Assembly: GCF_006345805.1 (NCBI RefSeq)
Contig: NC_043009.1
Location: 31,620,001-31,684,000 of the forward strand
DNA length: 64,000 nt
Reading direction: 5' to 3'
Source of the DNA: Octopus sinensis
Lineage: Eukaryota
The notes under the pieces are model-generated. The model had not been told where the DNA came from and made no database searches. It saw only the letters and a list, made by a program, of their open reading frames with translations. How positions within the stretch are numbered: the first letter of the stretch is position 1; every line of letters starts with the position of its first letter. Made by a program: the position numbers and the translations under genes. Below are positions 13,971 to 28,422 of this stretch, piece by piece.

Positions 13971-14135
13971 TAATAACATCGTAAAATACCTTAGAAATGA
14001 GAACCCAGGTTTGAAATTTCCCCAAGACACCTGATGAAGGCTGGAGGGTATATTAGCCGAAACGCTGTGTTAACAACAAACAAGATGAGGACAAATATCC
14101 ATCAAATGTAAATAATGTAAACATTCTTCAAGTTG
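13806..14135 (+). mobile_element. tRNA head + (AAT)n + hammerhead tail element, preceded by an inverted copy of its 3' end
   Basis: A-box-like tggcatagtga at 13871, B-box-like gagtttgattcc at 13914, (AAT)n at 13939-13976, HHR at 14026-14071. 13806-13871 is the reverse complement of the family 3' end. Confidence 0.75.
14026..14071 (+). ncRNA. Minimal type-I hammerhead (cleavage triplet mutated)
   Basis: GACAC-CTGATGA-A-GGCT..AGCC-GAAAC-GCT-GTGTT. Stem I GACAC/GTGTT. Sister copies have GTT where this one has GCT. Confidence 0.75.
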
Positions 14136-14754
14136 AATTATATTCAGCATGATGTGTATTATTTATAATGTGCTGAAGGGGTTTAATAAGACTGAGGTCT
14201 GTTTACATTTATCACTACTTATCACCATTGCTTTCAAAGATCAGTGTAAGACCCCTTCTCTTGTATATCTCAATTTAGTTTGCGCTTTCTTTTATTCTTT
14301 CTTTTCTTTTACTTGTTTCAATCATTTGACTGTGGTCATGCTGGAGCACCACCTTTAATTGAACAAATTTACCCCAGTACTTATTCTTTGTAAGCCTAGT
14401 ACTTATTCTACTGGTTTCTTTTGCTGAACCAGTAGGTTATCAAGCAATGGTGGGGGAACAAACACGGGCACACAAAAACATACATGCACATGCACACACA
14501 CACATACACACACACACACATATTGTTACAATCAGGCAAATTCTTGGGTATAAAAGGGGTGAACCTCTGAACTGAACGCAACAACAGAATTGTAAAATCA
14601 GTGAATTATCATTCAAGGATGAAATTATGTAACTAAAATGTATTTTATATAAGTCAAAGGATATATTTGATAAGTTAATATCTAAAGAATTTCATGTCCA
14701 GTCTTCGATTATTCAAAGTTATGTTGTAAATGATCTGATCGACCAGCATCGACC

Positions 14755-15060
14755 AGCATCTAGGAAGCCAGGAGGCTGCACCAGGCTCCAGTCTGATCTG
14801 GCAGTGTTTCTACAGCTGGATGTCTTTCCTAACACCAACCACTCTGTGAGTGTAGTGGGTGCTTTTTACATGCCAATGGCACAGGTGCCAGGCGAGGCTG
14901 GCAATGGCCACATTTGGATGGTGCTTTTTACATGCCATCGGCACAGGTATCACAGCTACAATTTCCATTTGAATTTTATTTTGATGTTGATGTACTCGAG
15001 TCAATAGGTCTCCTCAAGCACAGCAGGTCACCCTACAATCCAAGGTAAGTACAGCAGGAA
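14755..15060 (-). mobile_element. RTE 3' UTR copy
   Basis: Close match to 55730-56090 (aggaggctgcaccaggctccagtctgatctggcagtgtttctacagctgga). Confidence 0.8.
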
Positions 15061-15664
15061 GTCGTAAGTAAATAAAAATAAAAACAGAACATAATGTTTA
15101 TGTCTTGAATGATTTTGATCAAGAGCAATACTTAGGGTATAACAACAACAATAACATTAATTTCACTAACATGACAATAGCAACAACAACACCAACAACA
15201 GCTTGGCACCATTCCTAACTCCATGTGATATTAAATGGCAGGAATAAACTCCTATAAATAAATAACTGAAGGATTATTTTAAAGCCATTATTGGAATATT
15301 GGAATGAATTATGGCCTGGAGACATGAAAGAATGGCCAGAAAAATATTATGGGAAAGGGAAAAATGGAGAACTCTGTGCCAGATGATATCCTCATTTATC
15401 ACATATTACTGTTGTGTGGATTAATACCACGATATATATATATATATATATGTAACTGCATGTGGACTGTTGGCAATGTTTCCTTATTTTCCCTCTTTTC
15501 TCTTTGGACTTTCCTGTTTCCAATGAAGAGCTATGCTTGAAATGTTGACAACAACTCTTTCCCTTCACCAAGTGTCTAATTAATATATTTTTTGTGCATG
15601 TTCCCACATTCATTTTTTTCTCTCTTTTTTTTCTGCTTTTTTTAAAAAAATTGTTTATTTGAAT

Positions 15665-15704
<40 letters not shown>

Positions 15705-15843
15705 GGGAAATGATGGACATAAGGTTTGTGTGTTTTAAAACTATGATACAAGCATGCTTCACTGAATGTTCTACACACATTCTTGGAAATATGATGTTAA
15801 ACAAAACTGGAAATTGTCTGGACATTCCATTGTGAATTCTGTG

Positions 15844-15874
<31 letters not shown>

Positions 15875-16114
15875 CATACATACATACATACAAAAAACCC
15901 TGTTGTTGATGTTGAAATTCCAATGAAGGAGCCTTGGATCTAGGTTAGAAACTGGCTTTTACTTTGTTGGCCAGAAATCTTGAAATAAACTGAATAATCA
16001 CATACATACATAATACATACATACATATATGCATACATACATACATACATACATACATACATACATACATACATACATACATACATACATACATACATAC
16101 ATACATACATACTT

Positions 16115-16283
16115 ATGCAATAGGTTTCCTTCACTTTCTGTCAGCCAGATCCACTCACAAGGCATTGGTCTGCCCGGAGCTATAGAAGAAGACTCTTGCA
16201 TGAGATAGCAAACAGTGGGATTGAACCTGAAATCATGTGATCAGGAAGTAATCTTCTCAACCACACAGCCATGCCTGTGCCTA
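16115..16283 (-). mobile_element. tRNA-derived SINE head, family of 34385
   Basis: Reverse complement starts aggcacaggcatggctgtgtggttgagaag..ttcaggttcaatcccactg. Confidence 0.7.
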
Positions 16284-17684
16284 CAGCTACGCCTGCAGTT
16301 TTATGCCATAATAGAAGGAAGGAGGATTTCAGTGCTTATGGAACACCATACTGTATGAGAGGCAAAAGTCAGTAAAATCATGTCTTGAAAACACAATGCA
16401 TTGTGGGATATAACGTCAATTAAGAATTTAAAGTAGGTTCAGTCTGGTATGAAGTCTTCACCTTGTAGACTCGAGTGCTTCCAAGCCAACATTATGCATT
16501 TGGAACAGAGAATGACAGGGAGAATAAGGGATGAAGAAAATGGTGCCAAAGAGGTTACGAGATAGAGACAGCGATAAAGAGATAGAGATGAAGTGAGAGA
16601 GAGAGAGAAGGTGGGGAGGGAGAGGGATCGGTTTTGTTTAATCAATCAAATGGTTGACTTGATTTTTATAATGTTAGAATACCAGAGAAAGAGAGCCGAT
16701 ATCAAGGCCTAGCAACTATGATAATGGTTCTTTGTCACCAAAGAACTGCTTAGTTTTAATGGCTATTCTCAGCTCATAGCCAAGCGGCATGGAATTGCTC
16801 CTGGCAATGCCTCTCCTCACATCAAACGTACACTATCAGAGAAAGAATTAACAAGTCTGATAAGAACAATAATGAATAAATTAACGAGTGCACATTTATA
16901 ATAGTTTTATGTTTGTTTGATGTAAATTTGGTTTTATTTCCAGAAAACCTGTGAAGAAAGTGTCTCGATATCAACGACAATTACAAGATAATGTTCCATC
17001 GTAGAGGCTAAACAGATTGTAACATATTTTCCATGAGAAACCAACTTAATTATAAAATCATAATACACAATTATCTAAGAATTATAATTTCTCATTGTTT
17101 TGGAGCAACTAGAATACAATATGATAGATTTATTGTTGAGGAATGTATGTGTAATGACATATACAGGTTATATGTTGCAGCCATTGCAGATGAGGCCATA
17201 CTGGGGCACTGTTTTATAACATATAGCTACAATATTGCATGTGTGTGTGAATGTGTATCATCAAGATTGATATAGGTGTTGTCATCCAAGTCAGTTTCAT
17301 CATCACTATCATCATCATTTTCATTGTCATCATTCTCATTCCTGTCATCATTATCCTCCTCCTCCTCCCCCTCATTATCATCATCATCATTATCCTCATC
17401 ATCATCATCATAATCACCACCACCATCACCACCACAACCACCACCACCACCATCATCGTTATCATCATTGTTATTGTCATCATCACCATCATAATCATCA
17501 TCGTCATCATCATCATCATGAACTTTATCATCATCATTTTCATCTTTATCTTCATCATCATCCTCATCATCACCATCATCATCATTTTACACTCGTTTTC
17601 CATGCTAGCATAGGTTGGCTGGTTCATTACCCTCCTAAATAGGCTTGAAGACCATGCCTTGCTCATTTCTTCCACTTTTGAAAT

Positions 17685-17721
<37 letters not shown>

Positions 17722-18185
17722 AAGTGAGAGAGGAAGTGAGAGAGAGAGAGAGGGGGGCGAGGGATGATGAGAGGGATGATGAAGATAGTAAAGAAGCTGT
17801 GAGAAGAGATTCAGTGATAAACCATAGCAACAGGATTTTGTAAAGGTGGAGGTGGACAGCATGCTGACCATGAGAATGCCCCAACAAACATCACTTCTCT
17901 TTTCCCATTCTCCTTACAATACTTACATAGGGGCGTGGATCATCTCCACCACTTCTCTCATCTCCTTTCTAAGGCACAGCATTCTGAGACTAGCCCCCAC
18001 TTCCCAACTTTACCTTGGTCTTCCTAACAGGTTTCATACAAGAGCTTGGCATATTTTTTACACAACTGTTAGAGTTGTAAATGCACATTAGAAAGACCTT
18101 CACAATGCCTGTACTTCTTTCTTCCATTTGATTCCAGATTTTCTCTCCATTTCTATTGCATCATTCATTGATATTAATATTGATT

Positions 18186-18706
<521 letters not shown>

Positions 18707-18916
18707 ACATGTTTACATCTCTCCATCTTTTTGCATCTCTCCATTTGCTTTCTTTTCTAGGTTTGAAAAAAATCTCTTTCATTTTTCCTAAGTGTCAAAA
18801 TAAAAAAAACCTAGTTTGTTGCACTTCACCTGTCTCTGGCTTTTGTTGCTCACTACTTTTGTTTTTTGTACAATTCTGAACTACAGACACACACACACAA
18901 ACACACACACGTATGT

Positions 18917-18956
<40 letters not shown>

Positions 18957-19254
18957 GGAGGGACAGAGGAAGAAAGAGGAGAATGAGAGAAAGAGAGAGA
19001 CAAATTGCACGTGATGACATAAGAGGTAGACCGCCAACATTGCTGGTGACAAAGGACAATATTTAATGAATGATATTGATACAGAGATTCACACACAAGA
19101 AGACATCAAGTTTCTGTTTCAATGACCACATGATCATCACTCCACATCTTCACCTGCTCTCGGTCCAGTGCTCAGAAAACCATCAATTACTCAAAGTCTA
19201 TGTTTCAGATATTCAGATGACATTGTGAGCTCACAGACACACAGACACACACAC

Positions 19255-19319
<65 letters not shown>

Positions 19320-19320
<1 letters not shown>

Positions 19321-19680
19321 CATCATCATCATCGTTTGACATCTGCTTTCCATGTTGGCATGAGTTCGGACAGTTTAAATGAGGACTGGCAAGCCAGGAG
19401 GCTGTACCAGGCTCAAGTCTGATCTGGCAGTGTTTCTACAGCTGGATGCCCTTCCTAACGCCAACCACTCTGTGAGTGTAGAGGGTGCTTTTTATGTGCC
19501 ACCGGCACAGGTGCCAGGCGAGGCTGGCAACACCTATGCACGGTTGGTACTTTTTACGTGCCACCGGCACGGAGACCAGTCAAGGCGGCGGTGGCAACGG
19601 CCATGTTCAGATGGTTCTTTTACATACCACCGGCACTAGTATCACAACTACAATTTCCATTGATTTTTGATCGATTTCGT
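19320..19680 (-). mobile_element. RTE 3' UTR copy with (GAT)n tail
   Basis: Aligns by eye with 55657-56010. Confidence 0.8.
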
Positions 19681-20013
19681 TATATACATATATATATATA
19701 TATAACAATCTCCAGATATCAGTACAAAACGTAAATACATTGTTATTTTTGTTGTAATAAATATAACTATCGAAAGGTATTGAGTTCTATATGAGAAAAC
19801 ATTTGTGCCATGTATAATATAGACTTATACATGATTTCCAACTCATGTATCATGACATATATATATATATATATATATATATGGAATCGACGGCTTATAT
19901 TTATTTGCTGCCGATAAATTTGTCGCGAGTGCGATGATTTGAAAATTTTAGGTCAGATATTACCTTGGCAGGGTCGGAAATGCCTCGTGAAAATATCTGT
20001 TCCGACTTGGGCT

Positions 20014-20120
20014 ATTTCTTACTGAAGAATCTGAGGGCCTATGGAAGATTGGCTTGATTTAATTTAATCAGGTTAGTTTACCATTAAACAGCAGATGAAA
20101 CGGTGCATCGTATAAGAAAT
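20014..20120 (+). ncRNA. Type-I hammerhead with large stem-II insertion
   Basis: ATTTCTTA-CTGAAGA-ATCTG-[58 nt]-CAGAT-GAAA-CGGTGCATC-GTA-TAAGAAAT: 8-bp stem I, 5-bp stem II, near-palindromic stem III, GUA site. Inside a ~360-bp element (19882-20241) bounded by (TA)n. Confidence 0.85.
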
Positions 20121-20239
20121 TACAGGGTAAATGTTTTTTAAATTTTCTCCTGGTTTACGGAATTGACTTTATTTGCGGTTGAAACTTTGGCTGTTATTTC
20201 TAGTGGGTGAATGGCCTATTATGGCCGTTCCTTGATTGT

Positions 20240-20278
<39 letters not shown>

Positions 20279-20766
20279 TATAAATATACATATCTATGTA
20301 TGTATACACATGCATATATATGTATAGAGACACAATTTTCCACACACACATACATATGTACTTATATAGATTAGCAACAAACAGAAGCAGTACCTAAGTG
20401 GAATGGAATTATTATACCATAATATACAATTATCTTTGAAATATATCTTTTATTGTTTCCAAGCAAGTAGAATAGAATATAAAATTGATAATTATTATCA
20501 TATTGATTTTATTACAACTTCCCAAGATTTATTCTCAGAAACACAACTCTCAACCCACGCAAATGTATACATACATACATAAATACATACACATGTACAT
20601 ACATATGTACATATGTACTTACATATATACACACGTACATACATATATACATACATACGTACATATGTACATACATACATATATACATACACACGTACAT
20701 ACATATATACATACATACGTACATATGTACATACATACATATATACATACACACACACAAACACAA

Positions 20767-20797
<31 letters not shown>

Positions 20798-20887
20798 AAC
20801 ATAGATACATATATATATATTTATATACATATACACATATACTCATACACACACACACATATATATATACATATATTTACACATGTA

Positions 20888-20929
<42 letters not shown>

Positions 20930-22169
20930 CACACACACATATACATATATACACATGTATATATATATAAGTATATATATATATATATAGACGTATTCAT
21001 ACATATATATACATATGTATATGTATGTATACGCGTGCACACACACATGCATATACACATATATATGTGTGTATGTCTTTGTGTGATTGTGTATATATAT
21101 ATATATATAGATAGATATACATACACACACATATATACACTCACACATGCACACATATACATACTCACACATCTATGAAGATGTTCACTTACGCACATAC
21201 ATCCGTAGTCAAATGAATGCACCCCATTCATACCTGCAAGCAACAAACAAATGAAAGAGTTTCTCAGATGACTTATTGTGGATAAACTTTCAATAAACTT
21301 TTGATCAACTTGATGTTCCTGTGTTCCATAACTGTGTCAGGTTTTAAATGTGTGCTAAACTGAAAATGCTGCTTCATTTGTGGGACATTGTGCACCACCA
21401 ACTTTCCAGAGTTATTTCTTAGAGAGTTTATTGTCTTGAAGTGACATGTCCATCTACACTCTATCATCTTGCTTAGCCGTAGGGAGAGAAGAGTATGTGT
21501 GTGTGTGAATGAGTGAGTGAAGGAGAGAATGGTGGGGGTTCATGATGATGATGATGAGGGGGAGGAGGAAGATAGTGGTGCATAAAAATGCACTTGTGTT
21601 GGTGCCACGTAAAAAGCACCCAGTACACTCTGCAAAGTGGTTGCCATTAGGAAGTGCAACCCACCTGTAGAAACCATGCCACAACAGACAATTGGAGCTT
21701 GGTGCAGCTCTTTGTCTTTCCAGTTCCTCTCAAACTGTGCAACCTATGCCAGAATTTCGCATGCTGGCATGGGTTGCACGATGATCATGATCGTGATGGT
21801 GATGATGATGAATCTAACAATAAGAATGACAAGTTAAAAATTCCACAGATGGTCCCTTTACCATTTTATCCTTTTGAAGTCGATGTAAAAATAACAATCA
21901 TCATCATTATCATCATCAATATCATTACCAGTCTAACGTCCACTCTTCCATGCCTGACAGTAGAATAGCAGGCATTCAACTGTCTGACACTCTTCTTGTT
22001 GCTACCCATCCCCTTATCAATTAAGGTAATATTCACCAATTAAGCCTTTGAGCATGAAGAGCACAAGGGCTGGAAAGGATTTCACACAAGATTGCACTCT
22101 CTATGATGGTCACATTTGTTTGCAACCCATAGATTAGTGTGGTTATGTATATATATATATATATATAAC

Positions 22170-22565
22170 ATGAGCAGAAAATGGAGAAAAAACTTTTGAT
22201 CAACAAAGTGACTACTATTGGTTAAATATTTTTTAATACAGGTCTTGAACTTTGCTTACAGCCGTTTCTGCTGCCAATGTCAGTCAGTACCAGCAAAGAA
22301 AATTATGAGAATATTATTAAGCCTTCTTCCCTCTTCTCTTCTTTTATTTTATGTATTTGTATTCACTCTGATGAAGCTCCATGTATTAGATCAGATGTGC
22401 TATAAAGATGACGGATATTATTCTCATAATTTTCCTTCGCAGCACCGACTGACATCGGCAGCAGAAACGGCTGCAAGCAATATTCAAGCTTTGTATTAAA
22501 AAATATCTAACCAATGGTTGTCAATTTGTTTGTTGATCAAAAGTTTTCTCCATTTTCTGCTCATT
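22170..22565. mobile_element. Inverted-repeat PLE-type terminus with hammerhead-like motif
   Basis: Arms 22170-22317 and 22415-22564 are reverse complements. Plus strand has CTGATGA at 22368 and GAAACGGCTGCA at 22464; the inverted arm has GAAACGGCTGTA. Confidence 0.65.
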
Positions 22566-22737
22566 TTAAATTTGATTCCTGATTAACTCCCATCTATTCT
22601 GTTATTACCTGTATCCTATGTGCATAATATGCTTGCATATCCATGCCCAGGGTTAACATAGGTAATTTATACTGGTAGTAATAACGGATATTCTTATCCC
22701 TTAGACAATTACTCCAAGTGCTAACTCTATTTACCTT

Positions 22738-22770
<33 letters not shown>

Positions 22771-23225
22771 GCATACATATAAACATATCTGTGTGTGTGT
22801 GTACATGCGCATGTGTGTGTGCATATGTATGCATGTTGTGTGAGTATGTGCATGTGTATATATGTATACGTATATGTTTACCTGCATGGGTAAAACCTTG
22901 AGCAAAGCTGCCTAGCAGTGCTGACCCTACATGATTATATATACAGCTATTGAACCAACTAAATGCCCATAAACGCCGTATCAAAGGACATTATGTCACT
23001 TATGCAGCAGAAACATGTCAGACTGGAATTTAATGTGAAACTAATGAGAATAATATGGTAATAAACCAATTCTGAAGATGTTTAATTCTTCATTCTTCTT
23101 CGTCTTGATTACACACACACACATATCCACAAACATGCACACACATATATATATTTATCTTTAGATAGATATGGCCTGGGCCAATCTTTGACTGAAACAT
23201 AGCTAAGTTATATGTATATATATAA

Positions 23226-23261
<36 letters not shown>

Positions 23262-23376
23262 CACACATACATACATACAGGTGAACACGTAAGTACAAAA
23301 CAAAGTGGAAAAAATAGTACTCAATTACCAAATGTAGAGTAACATACATTTTATTAAAGCTACAAAATTATCCCTG

Positions 23377-23418
23377 AACTGTTACTCAGAGTTTTGCATT
23401 CCCATTCATTGGACAGTT
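23377..23418 (-). ncRNA. Degenerate hammerhead
   Basis: AACTGT-CCAATGA-ATGGGAATGC-AAAA-CTCTGA-GTA-ACAGTT. Stems I and III are perfect; the core is mutated. Confidence 0.5.
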
Positions 23419-26267
23419 ATGATAAATACTACACACACACACTCACATGCCCACACACACATACACACACCCACACACACTCACACACACATATACATAG
23501 CTGAGAAATAGAGGAAATGAGGTAGAATGGCATTGAGTAACAGTATTGACAGTGTACATGCACGTGTGCATGTATGTGAATCTCTATAAATATATGTGCA
23601 CGTACATGGGTGTGCATGTATGCAAATATGTACACACGCATGCACACACATATGTGCATACACACACACTCACACACACATAACAGAGGCAAATGGAGGA
23701 AATGAGGTAGAGTGGCATTGCATAACAGTGAGAATCCCTATAAATATACATGCATGTATGTGCACGTACATGTATATCAATGTATGTAAATATGTACACA
23801 TAGACACATATGCACATGCATGCATGCATGCACACATACACATAAATGTATGGCTAGGAACCCAATGAAAAACTCTAATTCACAGACCTTGTTACAAAGG
23901 ATGACATCTCTGTCAAACTTGTTCGACATAAGTATCATGGAAACGTCATGACTGGCATCCAAACCCCTACCCCATGCCTTGATATATGCCAGTGACGGCT
24001 TGACCGCTACCTCATTACCACTGTCTTGACCCAGAGCCATTTCGTCTCATTTCCTCCAAATATCTTCCAACATTAACCGAGATAGAAACATAAAGTGATG
24101 GTGTCGATGCCTTTTCCTTAGGATATAACTGGTATCAGAGAAGTGAAATAACTTCAGACGGAGATTCAGACAGACATGTGAACGGTTTATTAATTAAAGT
24201 TCATTAATAACTTTCTCTTGAATTAATTAGTCCAATGGTCATGTGACATACATTTTTAATCATTGATGATTAATTGGGAAAATACTGTAATGCCATAGCA
24301 AATGTTTTATTGATTTCAGTGAAAGACTTCAAGCAATTCTGTTCTTGAGATACTGTCACTGTGTACGTGGGTGGGGCAGAGATTTTTGTAGCTTTGTGGG
24401 GTTTTTTTTTATTGATCTAGAAGCAGGATAGTTGTGTGGATATGGTATTGGATTGTCAGTGCTTAACTCTTGGATTCAAATCTACATCATACTGGAGATG
24501 CACCCTCATGATACTATTCACAGAAACAGCCAGTAATCTTCAAAGTGGACCAAATGTTCGTAACAAGAGTTCCATAAACTAAATGTTCCAAAGGCAGCCA
24601 TGCAATGGCATTAAACTGGAGCAGGAGATTTAGTCAAATATTCAAGAACTCAGAAAAGAAAAAAGAGGAACACATGCCACAAAGTTTCTTGTTTGACCAT
24701 TTAGCAATTCCCTCCATGCAAAGATATGGAGTGGTTATTTATTTCATTAACTTCAGAAAAGAGTAAAGCAAAGATTACCTTAGTAGAATTTGAACTCAGG
24801 CCACAGGGAACCAGAGCAAATGCCATAAGGCATTTCACCCAATGGTCTTATGATTCAGCCAATTCTCTGCCCTAGAAAGGTTTATATTAATTTCTGGTAT
24901 ATGTTAGTTGCTATACTTTTTTTTTGCAACCATAACATACAACCAAGTATATTAAAGGTTTATAAGTCCTTTCTGCATCCTACATTATGCTAATGGTGCT
25001 TTGTTTTCCTTTTAAAGTCTGTCTCCACAGGTATTGTATATAATTTAGAGTCTGCACTCAAAGTTATGATGTTTTGTATACAAATACACGCATGTAAACA
25101 ATACAATCAAATGATGTATTCACATATGAAACATTATAACTTTCAGTTCTGGTTCTAAATGCTATACAAAATCTAAAGAGATTGACTTAAAGAAAAAGGA
25201 ACTGTACATATCTTATCAACTATAAAAAGGGAGAAAATCAAATATGGCATCACCAGGATTTGAACTCATAGGGCAGAGATCTAGAATAAAATCTATGAGG
25301 TATTTTATCCTGTTGTCTCACTAATTTGCCAATTCACCATATTAATATTTAAATGACAACACAAAATTCCCATTTAGAAAATAAGGGTGTGAAAGAGGGA
25401 TGTCAACAGTTTTAACTTAGTCACCATTACAGCATGATGGGTTTCTAAGGACTTTATTACCCAACCTCTCTCAACTAACAACCATTTAACCATTTAAAAC
25501 ATTGGCCTTCAAACAGTGTGCAGCAAATAACATCTAGAGGTGTCATGAAAGTTTGGCAATATAATTTTAGCTTTTGGAAAATCATATTAATCTTTGAACA
25601 CCTTCAAATATGTGTTATTCTTAATCTAGTTAGTCACAAATATGATACGTAAAACGTGATAAGCAATAGGTTTTTCACATATTTTTCTAAACTTTTAATT
25701 CTAAAATAGCAATAACATCATGGAAGAGCACTTCTAGCCATTTTATAGCACATAAAACGTTAAATTTTCTTTAAATTTCATGTTTATTTAATGAACTCTC
25801 AAATTTATGAAATATATTTCAAAGTGAATTTTGAAAAGATTTTGTGTTCTTAAAATCGCTAGAATAGCTCTTCCATTATAAAATTAAATCCCTTTTAACA
25901 CAGTTTCACATCAAGTCAGTGTTCAACCAATTTGACATAGTAACTTTAGCCCTTTAATTACCATATTTCTAAGGAAAGACAGTCTTTGTCTCTATCATTT
26001 TGGAAATATTGAAGAATTTAGGAAACTAACTTTGTCATCATTAGGCTGGTGTCTGTGACATGAATTAACATGAAATTTTGATGGAACATTCTAAGTTATT
26101 TCACTCAAAGACGGAAATTTTGTATCATACAACTAGGGGGTAGTCTTGGGTGAGGTACTATCCAAAGAGTTAAAATAGTTTTTTTCTGTTTTTAACTTCC
26201 CATGTGTAGAATCAAAATGTTAGAATTAAAATGTTGGTATTAAAATGGTTAAAACAGATTTTGTTTT

Positions 26268-26462
26268 ACAGTTCTATATTTCAGAGTTAAGGAATTATGT
26301 ACATTATTTACATTATTTTCATTTGACGGATATTTGTCCTCATCTTGTTTGTTGTTAACACAACGTTTCGGCTGATATACTCTCCAGCCTCCATCAGGTG
26401 TCTTGGGAAAATTTAGAACCTGGGTTCTCATTCCTAAGGTATTTATCGATATTATATTATTA
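26268..26462 (-). mobile_element. Third copy (tail only) of the (AAT)n-hammerhead element; HHR at 26357-26402
   Basis: GACAC-CTGATGG-A-GGCTG..CAGCC-GAAAC-GTT-GTGTT, followed by the full 3' end ...aaatatagaactgt. Confidence 0.8.
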
Positions 26463-26465
26463 TAC

Positions 26466-26523
<58 letters not shown>

Positions 26524-26941
26524 TAATATACATAGATACACATAGACACATGCATATATATACATATATACATACATACATTCATACATACATACATACA
26601 TACATACATACATACATGCATATATATACATAATGAAGCTATTAAAAGTGAAAGAATAAAAGTGAAACTATAAAAAGTGAAAAAATATAAAAGTGAAAGT
26701 ATTAAAAGTAGAACAATATAAAAGTGAAACTATCTATAACTTTTACTCCATCAAAGCGAAGGTTTCGTTTTTATTCTTTGTTTTGAGACATAATACAGAA
26801 CTAGCGCCAATGTTGTATTGTTTTAATCCCCCAAAATTACATATTGACACTCCTAGTGTCATATTATTACTATGTAAAATTTGATTTGATTTGATCAGGC
26901 TGTTTGAGAATGCATTGGGAACAGACAGAGAGACAAAGGAT

Positions 26942-26997
<56 letters not shown>

Positions 26998-27327
26998 ATA
27001 TATATATATATATATAGGGATAGATATAGGTGAAAGGTTAAACATTTACTCACAGAATGATTGTACCATATTTTAGATTGCTAGTCTGGAACATTTCTTT
27101 ATATGGCACAGTGGTGCAGTTGTTATGTGGGGAAGGTTCTAAGTTATAAGGAACAACTACTCTGACGTCTCTTTGGAATTGTCTGCCTGGTTTTGTGTAA
27201 AGTCCATCGGTAGTTTAGTTCCTCTTATAACCTTTTAATACTCATAATGGTTATTCTGGTAAGCCTGAATATTTGAATGAATAGTACAGTTCCTGTGAGA
27301 GGACACAGTAAGAATGATGACAAAGAA

Positions 27328-27358
<31 letters not shown>

Positions 27359-27804
27359 GACAGACAGACAAGCAAAGACAGACAGACAGAGAATAAAATG
27401 GAGAAATCAGGTGTACCTGAGTGGAGCTGGCACAAAACCAGGCCACTAGTTTCAAAGAGCAGAAGCCAATAGTGAAATTCTATAACAATAAATCTACAGA
27501 GCTATTCTAGCAGATATAAAAAATGTGTTGCATCAAATCAGGAGTATCAAAGATTGAAGTTCATTGATATGATGTCTGCGAGAAGATTTATTTCATACGA
27601 ATCTAAACACAGGAGACTAGAATCAAATACAGCCTTAAAGACATGGCACTGTTGGTAAAATGGTTATGCCATCACATAAAAACCTGATCATTCTATAGGA
27701 TTCCTATCACCATTTTAATGTTGGAAACTGACAGAAAGATCTCTTTTATTATTTGTTTCAGCGCTGTTTTAATAATAATGGCAACTCATGTCTCATCATT
27801 TTGG

Positions 27805-28071
27805 CGTGTATGTGTCTGAGTGTATGTGTGTGTATTTGTATGTGTGTCTGCTTCAAAGCATGTGCACTTAGTGTGTGTGAGTATTTGTATCTCTATGTGC
27901 TTGTGTGTGTTTCAGTACATCAGTGTTTGTGTGTGTGTATGTGAGTGCATGTATGTGTGTGCATGCTTGAATATGTACTTGTGTATGTGTTGTATGTGTG
28001 TGTGTATTCATGTTTATGTTTGGGTTGTGTGCATAACTATATACATACATACACACACACACATATATATA

Positions 28072-28102
<31 letters not shown>

Positions 28103-28386
28103 GTATGTATATCTGTGTATGTGTATGCTTTCATTTGTATGAGTGTATCTGTGTGCTTGTATTTGTGTCTGTGTGTTTGCATGTCCATGTGTGTATGTGT
28201 GTGTGTGTGCATGTGTGCGTGTGTGTGCATGTGTGTGTGTATGTGGAGAATTCTGCCAGACATATTTGGAAGTTATGACTTCCTAACCAGTCTGTTCTCC
28301 AAAAGTTTGCAGTCAATATATCCTACTAAAATTAACGACCAAATCATTTCTTGCCATCATTTCATTAAATAGATGCAATCACATGC

Positions 28387-28422
<36 letters not shown>

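Noticed and set aside
14524-14750. LTR fragment (TGTTA start, TATAAAAGG box)
   Set aside because: No second LTR, PBS, PPT or TSD seen.
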